62,917 bases of DNA, filler included, from Octopus bimaculoides (GCF_001194135.2; 6 parts of 6 records of this genome joined end to end with filler, not necessarily neighbours in it); one strand, 5' to 3'. Numbered from the whole stretch's first letter, positions 1 to 12,535 are shown. Translations and numbers: made by a program. Notes: generated by a model from the letters alone, not told the origin.

Positions 1-646
1 ATATAAATGTGTGTATGTATATATGCGTGTATATGTGTGTGTGCGTGCTTTTGCATCCACTTCTATATAAGAACTGATATATATGCATTCATGTTCGTTT
101 TCTTTTTTCTTTTATTGATTGATTTATTTATTTTTTATATACAACCTCTGGTTGAAAGTACTTCCAATATATATTTTTCCTAAACATTAATTCTAATTCA
201 TTTGGATGATTATTTCTGCTAGAACAATGCCATTCCCTTACAAATATTCTTTCTTTCATACTTTTCTATCACATTCTATCTCTTCCCATATTTTGTAGAG
301 CTTCTCTCTTCTTACTGTTTCCTATCTACCATGCTCTCTCATCTACATATGTATATATACATGTGCGTACTTGATACATACATACGTACATACATACATG
401 GACGCATGAATGTATATATGCATACATACATTTCATACATACATACATACATACTTTGTATAGTTATAATTTCTTTAATGTTTCACAAACCGTTCACGGC
501 GAAACTTGAAAATCACAGTCACTTTCTATTTCTGTCAAATGAAATGTTCAAATCTATTTCGGAAATGAATTGAGTCATTTTTCAGTCACTTACATTTGCT
601 GTTTATAATTTATGCTTCTTTTTTTTTTTCGTTTCAAAAACACCAA

Positions 647-650
<4 letters not shown>

Positions 651-744
<94 letters not shown>

Positions 745-750
745 GCGTGT
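651..750. repeat. (TG)n microsatellite
   Basis: Seen directly: ~45 near-perfect TG units followed by CA-rich repeats. Confidence 0.95.
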
Positions 751-1022
751 ACACACACACAAGCACACACAAACACACACACATGTAATTTCTGAACATA
801 GGTGGAGTTAGTTATAGAGGTAAATATAATTTTATTCTTACATTGTGTAAATAATTATACAATGGCTTGGTCAAAACTAACGTCATAATACTAATAATAA
901 ACATGCATACATACATACATACATACATACACCCATATATATATATATATATATAAATTTCTATGTGTGTTCGTGAGTGTGGTGTGTGGTGTGTGTCTGT
1001 GTGCATACACTGATTTCATATA

Positions 1023-1056
<34 letters not shown>

Positions 1057-1435
1057 TAGAATATATATATATGCATATATACATACGTATATGTACACAC
1101 TTGCATCTATATNNNNNNNNNNNNNNNNNNNNNNNNNNNNNNNNNNNNNNNNNNNNNNNNNNNNNNNNNNNNNNNNNNNNNTAATAATAATAATAATAAT
1201 ATAGAATATATATATATGCATATGTGGGCACAGGACGTCATGAAACGTGTACAACAACAAAATACGAAGTACGAGTACATGGAATATGAACTATTTTTTC
1301 GAACAACGAAAGAAACAAATGGAGAACAAGACAAACAACATAAAGAACTTCCCCGTATTTCGAGCATTTAACAACAATATTCGCGTTCGATAAAACAGCT
1401 TCTGCCGCAAAGCAAATTAAATAAAATCCTTTTTA

Positions 1436-1607
1436 CTATAAACACAAGGCCTGAAATTTAGAGGAGGGGACCAGTCAATTACATCGACTTCAGTTCCTAA
1501 CTGATATTTATTTAATCGACCCCGAAGGGATGAAAGGCAAAGTCGACCTGGACGGAATTTGTAAGCATTTTGCCCGGTGTACTAACGATTCTGCCAGCTC
1601 GCTGCCT
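1436..1607 (-). mobile_element. tRNA-derived SINE family B (ggcggtgagctggcagaa head), with ~30-bp internal deletion
   Basis: The reverse complement matches the + strand copies at 25254 and 56965 (ctggcagaatcgttag...gtcgactttgcctttcatcc...ggggtcgat). The gaactcagaacg...accgc segment is missing. Confidence 0.85.
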
Positions 1608-1775
1608 TATAAAAATCTCTCTCAAATACTAACATCTTAAAAATAAAGATATTTTGAATGATGCTATTAAAAGACGTAATAGTCACAACTGGAATACATA
1701 CGATCGTATATGATCTCAATTTGGTATGACCTGGTTCAAAACAACAATAACTTTTTATAACAAACATACTCTTCA

Positions 1776-1812
<37 letters not shown>

Positions 1813-2303
1813 TGTATCACGAAAATTATTATGCACTAGTAAACCTTAAAGAGAGCCAGATATAGTTTTAAAAACGATATTGATCTGAGCTTCAACACGT
1901 CATCTACAAATTTTCTGATCAGGTAAAAACTTGCAAGCTGACAAAAGAGTTAACTATCTAACAATGGCTAAATAGATTCATGAAAGCATTATATACGGAA
2001 TAGTATGGAAGTATCCGCTGAAGGGGAATTTGTGTGTACACGTCTGAAGGATGAGTGGCAACTGGTGGACATAAAAGCTGATGGAATAGATTTTGTGTGA
2101 TCGCAAAGCTGAAACATAGAAATCAATAATGATACTTAGTGATTGGTATATGTCTGTCCATCCATCCATCCATCCATCCATCCATCCATCCATCTATCCA
2201 TACATACATGCATGCATGCATGCATGCATACATACATACATACATGCATACAAACAAGGTTCAAATGTACTTTCATGTTTTCTCAATGTGATTCTCTATA
2301 AAA

Positions 2304-2980
2304 GATTTCATGACAGACGAGGTCAATCTAGATATTGGTATAGCAATGGACTGTTGTCAAGTCTGCAGAATTCTTCGTGTTGCTAATGGAAGTCATCTTG
2401 AAGTTAGTGATGAGTGGCATATTTCTGGCAGACTTTGGAAGTGGTTACTGAATATCAAATCTGAGAGGTTTTATGAATGACTAAACAATCCTATCCACAA
2501 AGTAGACTGAAGTGCGCAGAATACTGAAGCACTTAGATGAGTTAGACACCTCTAGACTGAACTTCAAACTAAAGAAGCCGAGGAACCTCTCACTACAGAA
2601 GGAAAAAGCAATTGATAAGATCTTGTTCACTGTTATTGTTCAGGCTGTTCCATCGGTGGTAAAAGAACCTTGGGAAGGCGTATGACCACTCTCTAAATAA
2701 CACAAAAAGGGAAACTGAAGCCAAGAAATAGTAGAGGTAAAGAGTACCTGGTTGAGGAGAAATTGGAGTGAAGTTCAGAAGGTATAAATCATACTGCATA
2801 CCGTTGCTTACAGCACCAAAGGCAATTTGACATTGGGGCACCTGACCACCTAGAAATGTTAAAGTTTGAACCCAAAGATGAGCACAGAATGTCTCCACAA
2901 AGGGTATCCAGCAATTATAATAAAGGATGTAATCCGGATCCGGCACTCTTACAGTGTAAGGAATTAAGGGTCGAAGCACT
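2304..2980 (+). mobile_element. Degraded non-LTR retrotransposon RT fragment, Hero/NeSL (R2 superfamily)-like
   Basis: Manual translation across stops and frameshifts gives VNLDIGIAMDC...LRGFMND*TILSTK*TEVRRILKHLDEL..RLNFKLKKPRNLSLQKEK..FTV..QAVPSVVKEP. This matches the remembered Hero-clade pattern LExGIAMGC...AFMDDxT...RxLKxLDEL..ARMKFKPxKSRSLSLxKGK...IPTVxEEP. The right boundary is approximate. Confidence 0.7.
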
Positions 2981-4194
2981 TACATAAGTATAGACGATGC
3001 TTCTTCTCTGAAGAAGATTTTCTGTTCAGCTTTCGCTAGCGTTTCTTACTACTTATGATCCAGTCACAATGTATAATCACTAACCGATTGAACAACAGAT
3101 CAAACGGCCTGCCCGGCCGCAGTAAATTGCTACTACACTCGTACATATAATGACATTTGATTTTGCCTGCATATACACTGAGTTATGCATCTAAATTTAA
3201 ACGTTCTAATTGACTAATATGATACTAATTCTATACGTGTGCGTAAATAACCCATTTGTATTTATCTATTCACAATCTCTCATATGCCATACGCATAAAA
3301 TTAACTCAATTAAATTTGATTCAATTTAATGTGTACACTCCACTAATGGCTATAATACATTCTATTGCCAGCAATATATTACGCACATCCTACCAATGTG
3401 TGTATATTTGTGCATGTATTTATTCTAGAATACATCCTCAAGTGGTGTCCAGTTAACAATCGCAAAATTACACAATATTTTGTAATATATATCACACACA
3501 CACTCACACACATACACACATGCACGCACACACACACACATACACATACACACACACACAAATATATGGCTACTATTCTCTTATATATTTTAATTTTACG
3601 TATACACATTAGCGATTCGCTAAATCATCCACAGATTTCTATGATGAAAATATATATACAGACAGAGAATGAAGTCCAAAATCTGTCGAAGAAGAGCCAG
3701 TCCATACTGATGAGGAAACGGAAATTGCTGAAACTGAATTCAGATAAGGAATTCTCGAATGGTATTATCGGACGATTATAGTCCCTGTCTGTATATACTG
3801 TATGTATACAATTATGTGCTTTGACGACAGTATTAGAATATTTTAGCTCTTATTTCTAGCAATGTAGGTGTTTCTAATATCCTAATCGCATTTAGTGACA
3901 GGGGTGCTGAGAAGTTCCTAGGTTTTTGTAAAAGTATTTTAGGTAATTAGTAATAATGGTCCTCATCCCACCTGACAAATGGAATAATCTAGTCACTATA
4001 AGTAAAGAGAAGTATGCGAAGTACGAGAGTATGTAGTTGGTGATCAAAGAGGGCCTTGTCTTTACTGGTTTTACTAAGTATACTGTAAACCGAAGTGGGC
4101 GTTATAACAATCTAGCATTTTAAAGTTCAAACTTTGGGTTCAAACTTTAACATTTCTAGGTGGTCAGGTACCCTAATGGTGACGAGGATTTAAA

Positions 4195-4945
4195 CAACTC
4201 ACAAGAAAATGCTGAGAGAATTTCACGTCAAACATCTTGATATTTCAAGGATGGAAGCGTTAACGCGCAGTTACGTATTCTGTCCAAAGATGGTAAGAGA
4301 AATCGAAAATTTGGTGAAAGGCTATAGCAGCAAAATTGCCTATTATAGAAAGTGAACCTTGGCCAAGAGTAGATGTTCCGTAGTCGAGACTACACATCGA
4401 TTTCGCTGGCCCTTTAAGTAGTTCTTACTACTCAGTAATAGTTGATAGTTTTTCGAAATGGCCTGAAATTTGCAAGTGTAAAAAACCAACATCCTCATCT
4501 GTGATAAATTTTTTTAATCGAACTGTTTGCAAGGCATCTCAGACAAGATTGTGTCTGACAATGAAACGCAATTTGTGTCTAGCGAATTTTAAAAGTTTTG
4601 TGAAACGTTCGCGTAAGAACATGTAACTACTGCGCCATACCATCTCAGATCTCATGGACAGGCAGAACGCTTTGTCGTTACCTTCAAAAGAGCCCTTAGA
4701 AAATCGAATGAAGTAGCTCTACAACAATTTTTAAGAGTGTACTGTGTGACACCAAATCCGAATACACCAGCAGGTAGCTCTACAGCGGAGCTGATGTTTG
4801 TAAAGAATGTAAAATCAGTCTTTGATAAATTACTACCTGGCAAGAATTGAAAAAGTGTCAGGGAAGACATAGCAAGATTCTTTAAAGTTGGTGAAAAGGT
4901 GTATATGAGAGCATACAGGATTGGGAAGGTGGCATAATTACCAAA
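4195..4945 (+). mobile_element. Ty3/Gypsy LTR-retrotransposon integrase remnant (pseudogenised)
   Basis: Translation MLREFHVKHLDISRM..RSYVFCPKM.REIEN (zinc-binding domain), then SRLHIDFAGP..VIVDSFSKWPE..DKIVSDNETQFVSSEF..HVTTAPYH..SHGQAERFVVTFKRAL..TPN..STAELMF (rve D,D35E core). Multiple stops and frameshifts. Confidence 0.92.
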
Positions 4946-5626
4946 TACTAGCAAAACAGCAAGGACACATTAGATTAAATAGTCCTCGATACTCCTAAAA
5001 AATAGATATGTTGTTAACGAGATAAGTATCTTTGATCATAGATGTGATAATCCAGAAATAGCATGGAGCTAAAGGGAAGCAATAATCCCAGAGTCCAAAC
5101 ATGTCTTTTTAAAACAGTACGAACGTTACAAAATCCCACTATATCTAAATAAAAAGCTATAGCGTTAAAATTAATGTAGATTCTAACGAGAATCGAAAGA
5201 GAGATCCAATGTGACTACATGAGTTTCCTTGCCCGTATGCACTTCGACATTCGAAGCAACGTAATTCAGTATTAGACACAATGTTTCTTTTTATAATTTA
5301 ATGCTAAGAATTGTTCGTATGTAAAGAATTGTTCCAGAAAATTCTAAAGCTATTTTCCTTCTAAAGTGGTAGAATGTTTTACCATTCTTTCAGTTTTCAT
5401 AACAGTCTTGAGAATTTCGAAGTTCATGGAATTTAAAAAAGAAAANNNNNNNNNNNNNNNNNNNNNNNNNNNNNNNNNNNNNNNNNNNNNNNNNNNNNNN
5501 NNNNNNNNNNNNNNNNNNNNNNNNNNNNNNNNNNNNNNNNNNNNNNNNNNNNNNNNNNNNNNNNNNNNNNNNNNNNNNNNNNNNNNNNNNNNNNNNNNNN
5601 NNNNNNNNNNNNNNNNNNNNNNNNNN

Positions 5627-5657
<31 letters not shown>

Positions 5658-6031
5658 CTTCATTTTGTTCATTTTGTAAAGTTGATATCCGTTTATACAT
5701 ATAGGGATGTGTGAGTAATGATGTGGTGGGGGGGGGGAGAAAGAGAGAAAGAAAGAGGAAGAACGAATTGTATATGTGACTAATTGTGTCTTTGTGTACG
5801 AGGTGCATAACGATGTATGAAATAAATGTGATTATTTATGTGTATGTTTGTGTACATCTATGGATGTATGTATATATGTAGCAATACACAGAAAGCGAGA
5901 GACAATAAAGGAAGAGAAAGAGAGAGAATAAGTATGTGTTTAAAGTAAACAACACACACACAAACACACACATATACATATAAATATGTGTGTGTGTGTG
6001 TGTGTGTGTGTATGTATATATGTATCAGTGA

Positions 6032-6107
<76 letters not shown>

Positions 6108-7009
6108 ATGTATGTATGTACATATAAATATATATATACATATGTGTGTGTGCATATATATCTGTGTATATGAATACGCATATATGTGCTTATATGTATA
6201 CATGTACAAAGAGAGGTAGGGGAAATATAGAGGAAAAGAGAGCAAGATTAAGCTTATAAGTGTAGACAGATATAAACACACGCATATACAGACATGCGTA
6301 TAGTAAGCACAAAGATGCAAAACAAGGTAGAAAAAACAGTACTCGAATACCAAAGGTAGAGTAGTATGCTGTTTGTCAATGCTGAAAAAAATCTTCATAA
6401 ATTGTTACTCAGAGTTTCATATGACGTTTATATATATATATATCTATACGGCTATATATATAAACATGTGTGTGTATACATACATAAACGTATCTATATA
6501 TTTGTATATATATATATATATATATATATATNNNNNNNNNNNNNNNNNNNNNNNNNNNNNNNNNNNNNNNNNNNNNNNNNNNNNNNNNNNNNNNNNNNNN
6601 NNNNNNNNNNNNNNNNNNNNNNNNNNNNNNNNNNNNNNNNNNNNNNNNNNNNNNNNNNNNNNNNNNNNNNNNNNNNNNNNNNNNNNNNNNNNNNNNNNNN
6701 NNNNNNNNNNNNNNNNNNNNNNNNNNNNNNNNNNNNNNNNNNNNNNNNNNNNNNNNNNNNNNNNNNNNNNNNNNNNNNNNNNNNNNNNNNNNNNNNNNNN
6801 NNNNNNNNNNNNNNNNNNNNNNNNNNNNNNNNNNNNNNNNNNNNNNNNNNNNNNNNNNNNNNNNNNNNNNNNNNNNNNNNNNNNNNNNNNNNNNNNNNNN
6901 NNNNNNNNNNNNNNNNNNNNNNNNNNNNNNNNNNNNNNNNNNNNNNNNNNNNNNNNNNNNNNNNNNNNNNNNNNNNNNNNNNNNNNNNATATGCATACAT
7001 ATGTGTATG

Positions 7010-7052
<43 letters not shown>

Positions 7053-7574
7053 ATGTGTGTGTGTGTGTGTGTGTGTGCATATATATATATATATATACAC
7101 ACAAATACACACAAACACAAACACGCGCGCAAGCACACACACACACATATCACTTACAGATGTTCATATATATATTCAAACGTACACAGTAAAAGCCAGA
7201 TACCCATATATAAAATAAGTGGCATGCACACGCATACATAATACAGACATACATAGATAAATACGTATGTAACTTAAAGATTATATTAACTGCATACACA
7301 CACTCATAGATAACGCACACATACAACATACAAGCATTCATATATTATTCTTACATACATACATACATACAATCATATACTGGAAAATAACGAAATTTCA
7401 GAATAAGCAAATATATATAATTTAAAAGCAAATGGATAAATATATATCTACAGCATTTTAACGGCAAATGCTATTTCAGGAAACTCTAAGTATCAAGCTA
7501 GATGAAAACAAGAATTAGTTAAACACACATCTTGCATGACTCGTCAGCCATTCTAGAGTGAGCTACTGAAGAAA

Positions 7575-7644
<70 letters not shown>

Positions 7645-7786
7645 CAGTGTTTGTAAAACTGTGTGTCTTCGAAAAGAATGTCGGGTCGGGTTGACAGGGC
7701 GAAGATTGTTTTTGGTTGCTTTCGACTGGCTCCGACTGCCCTGCAACGTGAACGGTAGCAAACATAACAGTGTTATTTGTGAGCAT

Positions 7787-7787
7787 C

Positions 7788-7835
<48 letters not shown>

Positions 7836-7917
7836 GTGATGGTGATGATGTTGATGATGATGATGATGATGGTGATGGTGATGATGATGATGATTATGAT
7901 GATGGTGATGGTGATGG

Positions 7918-7994
<77 letters not shown>

Positions 7995-8076
7995 GTGATG
8001 GTGATGATGATGATGATGATGATGATGATGGTGATGGTGATGATGATGATGATGATGATGATGGTGATGGTGATGG

Positions 8077-8108
<32 letters not shown>

Positions 8109-9008
8109 GTGATGGTGATGATGATGATGATGATGATGATAATGGNNNNNNNNNNNNNNNNNNNNNNNNNNNNNNNNNNNNNNNNNNNNNNNNNNNNNNN
8201 NNNNNNNNNNNNNNNNNNNNNNNNNNNNNNNNNNNNNNNNNNNNNNNNNNNNNNNNNNNNNNNNNNNNNNNNNNNNNNNNNNNNNNNNNNNNNNNNNNNN
8301 NNNNNNNNNNNNNNNNNNNNNNNNNNNNNNNNNNNNNNNNNNNNNNNNNNNNNNNNNNNNNNNNNNNNNNNNNNNNNNNNNNNNNNNNNNNNNNNNNNNN
8401 NNNNNNNNNNNNNNNNNNNNNNNNNNNNNNNNNNNNNNNNNNNNNNNNNNNNNNNNNNNNNNNNNNNNNNNNNNNNNNNNNNNNNNNNNNNNNNNNNNNN
8501 NNNNNNNNNNNNNNNNNNNNNNNNNNNNNNNNNNNNNNNNNNNNNNNNNNNNNNNNNNNNNNNNNNNNNNNNNNNNNNNNNNNNNNNNNNNNNNNNNNNN
8601 NNNNNNNNNNNNNNNNNNNNNNNNNNNNNNNNNNNNNNNNNNNNNNNNNNNNNNNNNNNNNNNNNNNNNNNNNNNNNNNNNNNNNNNNNNNNNNNNNNNN
8701 NNNNNNNNNNNNNNNNNNNNNNNNNNNNNNNNNNNNNNNNNNNNNNNNNNNNNNNNNNNNNNNNNNNNNNNNNNNNNNNNNNNNNNNNNNNNNNNNNNNN
8801 NNNNNNNNNNNNNNNNNNNNNNNNNNNNNNNNNNNNNNNNNNNNNNNNNNNNNNNNNNNNNNNNNNNNNNNNNNNNNNNNNNNNNNNNNNNNNNNNNNNN
8901 NNNNNNNNNNNNNNNNNNNNNNNNNNNNNNNNNNNNNNNNNNNNNNNNNNNNNNNNNNNNNNNNNNNNNTGATGATGATGATGATGATGGTGATGATGAT
9001 GGTGATGG

Positions 9009-9097
<89 letters not shown>

Positions 9098-9179
9098 GTG
9101 ATGGTGATGATGATGATGATGATGATGATGATGGTGATGGTGATGATGATGATGATGATGATGATGGTGATGGTGATGG

Positions 9180-9211
<32 letters not shown>

Positions 9212-9440
9212 GTGATGGTGATGATGATGATGATGATGATGATAATGGTGATGGAGATGATGATGATGACGACGATGATGATCATGATCAGGATGACGGT
9301 GACGACGACGGCCACCACCACCACCACGATGATGATAACAACGACGATGATGATGAGGAGGGTAATGTTGACGATGACGATGATGATGATGAGGACGACG
9401 ACGACGACGACGACGACTACGACGATGATGATGATGGTGA
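7787..9440. repeat. (GAT)n microsatellite with GGT interruptions, spanning an N gap (8146-8969) and degenerating to GAC/CAC triplets
   Basis: Seen directly. Confidence 0.95.
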
Positions 9441-9648
9441 TAGTGGCTATGCTGATATTGATAATAAAAACGTTCGTAACGTCGTTTCTTTTTGTTCTTT
9501 TGTCTCTTGACACTCATACGTCTGCATGTGTGTGTTAGTTGTACACTGCTATGTGCATGCGTGCGTTTGGATGAGTGTGTATGTGTGAGTATATATTTGT
9601 ACATATATATGTGAAGGTTGTAAGTATATATATATATATATGATTACA

Positions 9649-9880
9649 CAGTAATCGCTCGACTATCGCGGGTGTTACATTCCCAAACCGCCCCGCGATA
9701 GGTGAAAATCCGTGAAGTAGAAACAGTAATGTATTGTAGTTTTTTTTTTATTTTTATAATTTGTATATATTTATTTTATTATAAAAACAAAACAACACCA
9801 CGGAGGAATCGACGTAAGCTTAAATAAACCGTGATAGATGAACCGCGATAGGTGAACCGCGATATGGCGAGGGATTACTG
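9649..9880. mobile_element. Tc1/pogo (Tigger-like) MITE, 232 bp
   Basis: The left end cagtaatcgctcgactatcgcgg pairs with the reverse complement of the right end ccgcgatatggcgagggattactg. Subterminal repeats ccgcgataggtgaa recur inside both ends. The expected TA flanks appear mutated (ca / aa). Confidence 0.75.
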
Positions 9881-10113
9881 AATATATACACACACAAACG
9901 CACGCGCGCGCACACATACACACAAAGACACACACAAGCATATACATACATATATATAAGAGTAGTGTAGTTTTCGTGCTTTGTTTATGTTCCCGTTCCT
10001 TTTTTGTACACGTTTTTTTGACGTCCTGTACCCGGGTATGCATCTATATATACATGTAGATGTAGGTATGTACATATATGTATGTATATATGTATATAGT
10101 CACATATCTTTTG

Positions 10114-10149
<36 letters not shown>

Positions 10150-10269
10150 GCTTTAAGTATATTTTCTAAAGCCAAAACAATGCAAGTTAGAAATTAAAAA
10201 TAGAAGTCAATGGTGAGTACTCTAACAGGAAAATTTGACAGTCGCAAAACATCTAGAAATCGAACCCGG

Positions 10270-10428
10270 ATCCCTATTCGACTGGTTGAGCACTTCTTAT
10301 TGCTAGCTGAGAGGATTGGAACAACGTGAAATAAAACGTCTCGATCAAGAGCACGACCTGCTTCCTGGTATCGAACTCCTGACCTTACGATCGTGAGGCA
10401 TATGCTCCAAACCATCAAGCCACGCATC
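10270..10428 (-). mobile_element. Degraded tRNA-derived SINE (family C-like)
   Basis: ggtatcgaactcctgaccttacgatcg...aaccatcaagccacg is a reverse tRNA-like B-box/A-box head. The acaacgtgaaataaaa core is shared with 42440 and 45830. Confidence 0.55.
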
Positions 10429-11342
10429 GGCGATTTAATGACAAACTAAAGCTTGATATAGGAACTAACTGCTGCAAACAGCTTAACAACTGAAATGGAT
10501 ATCAGTTCTGAAGTCCGCACCCAACTAAACTCCACCATCTTCTAGTAATGCTATCTCTAGCTTCATTTTTACTATGACAACTACTACATTCCCCACCTCC
10601 TACCCACATAGATCCAATTCACCTTCCTCATTCTCGCTGTGAACTTAGTCAATTTTCAACATCTTTCGAAAACATTCCACTCCTTGTCATCTCGCTTGAT
10701 CCGTATTTCTCACGCTACAAAACATACATTCAAAAACACGTTTTATAACTGCCTTCATACAAAGGGAAAGAACTGTGTTGTAGATAAGCGTGAATACAAC
10801 GAAATGGGTGCTCAAGCATCAAAACAATACTACATTAGATGAAGAAGTCAATAACATCGCTTCTAATCTGCTCGTGGCTACGATAAACACTTACTGAACG
10901 AACATTTGTGACGAGAGGGCACTCGCAAATAAGATTAAGTGCATCTTCATCATCAAAAAAATAAACATTATACGCCTCAACTTCTATCACCTCATAAAAC
11001 CACATAAACCAGAACCAAATTAAAAACAAACTGTTGGCTCAGAATCAATGTAGTTGATGTGTTTGAATAGCTTTTTATTTTCAGTTCTGTTGTGTAATAT
11101 TTGAGGCCATCTTCTAGTAGTGAATGGAAGTTTATTATGGGGAAATTCTCAACAAATAAGAAGATTCTACCTTTATCGGTTTTTACGTTCTGATTTGTTG
11201 GTATGTGCTGGACCTTACCATTTTCCACTTGTTTACATAATATTTAGAGGAACGTGTTTGTTATAAGCCATTCGCTGCTTAAAATATCCAATTTTTTAAG
11301 TGATGTAACATTGTAACATTGTAATGTTGGTGTCCAGAACAC

Positions 11343-11815
11343 TTGTAAAATATAGACAAATAATTGTTGATAAAAAAGAAAAGAATTCGTAGGGGAAGTT
11401 AATGGATGAATAGAGATGGATTGAGTTACATTGTGTCAGACTGTCTGCGTACTACTCCAATCGCGAGGCGAGCGTGACGACACACTATTCATGACATTAT
11501 CTTCCAACCATAAATTATACGAACTACGGCCGAGATTGACCGGATGGGTGGGTGGCCAACGTCCTCTGTGTGAGTGCATGTACGAACGAAAGTATTTGTA
11601 CGTGTGTGTGTATACGCATCCTGATCTAAGCTAGCTAACTAAACAACATTTCGCTCGCTAGATATTACAGCCTTCATATGTATATCTCCCTTCCTTCTTC
11701 TAATACCATTCCTCTGTCTTAAACCCAATGTAACTCAATCCATCCTTATCCATCCATTAACTTCCCCTGCGAATTCTTCTTTTTTAATCAACGATTATTT
11801 GTCTATATTTTACAA
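11343..11815. repeat. Long inverted repeat: ~90-bp arms (11343-11433 and 11726-11815) around a 292-bp spacer
   Basis: Arm 1 ttgtaaaatatagacaaataattgttgataaaaaagaaaagaattcgtaggggaagttaatggatgaatagagatggattgagttacattg is the reverse complement of arm 2 caatgtaactcaatccatccttatccatccattaacttcccctgcgaattcttcttttttaatcaacgattatttgtctatattttacaa, with only a handful of mismatches or indels. Confidence 0.9.
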
Positions 11816-12451
11816 ATGTTTGCGACTCTTTTTGAACAAAAACAGATAATAGTTATTGAAAATTGTAGTGATGTTTCATTCCATATAACAACATGACAGC
11901 CAAAACTCGAGATCTTTAGCGAGACACAAACCTTTATGTATAGATGTACCTGATGAGACAAAGAGGGCAAAATTGATGCAACACATCATGCTGAAAGGAA
12001 TCCCACCCGTAGGGGACAGTAGCAGGATGAGTCGAACGACCGTTGTACAAAATAAAGATCAGTACCAAATCCATCTTCTCGTTACTTAAGAACTCATTAT
12101 TATAATCTCAACTAATACTGCGGAATTCCTGAAGTAGATCCAATGGAAATATACCCCGACTGCAGATGACACCAGGTAGCCCAAGCTGTCTCAGTGCTCT
12201 ACTCAATACTAATCGACATATACCCATTAGTCCAAAAATATCAAATATATATATAAATATATATCACGAGTGTATAAACAAATTTACATTTGTTTACCTT
12301 AGAAGCGTCGAATGTGTATTGTACGATACAAACAAGAAGGTCATATTTTTTCCGAACGCAGCATTGTCGCTGGAAATGTAGAAATAATAGGTAAATTACC
12401 CTAACAAGGCGGATAAAGTTGTCAGCCTGCTTGTTGATAACTTTTTGCACC

Positions 12452-12535
<84 letters not shown>

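Noticed and set aside
1030-1222. Repeated (TAA)n-tagaatatatatatatgcatat on both sides of the gap
   Set aside because: A short low-complexity overlap between contig ends, most simply an assembly artefact.
3700-3730. ctgatgaggaaacgg, a hammerhead-like core
   Set aside because: No stem II between CUGAUGA and GAAA, and no stem I or III pairing.
11219-11227. 9-nt minus-strand micro-exon (aag|TGGAAAATG|gtaagg)
   Set aside because: The donor is good, but the acceptor lacks a pyrimidine tract and longer versions have stops in all frames.
11945-11980. cctgatgagacaaagagggcaaaa, a hammerhead-like core
   Set aside because: Lacks GAAA and a convincing stem II.
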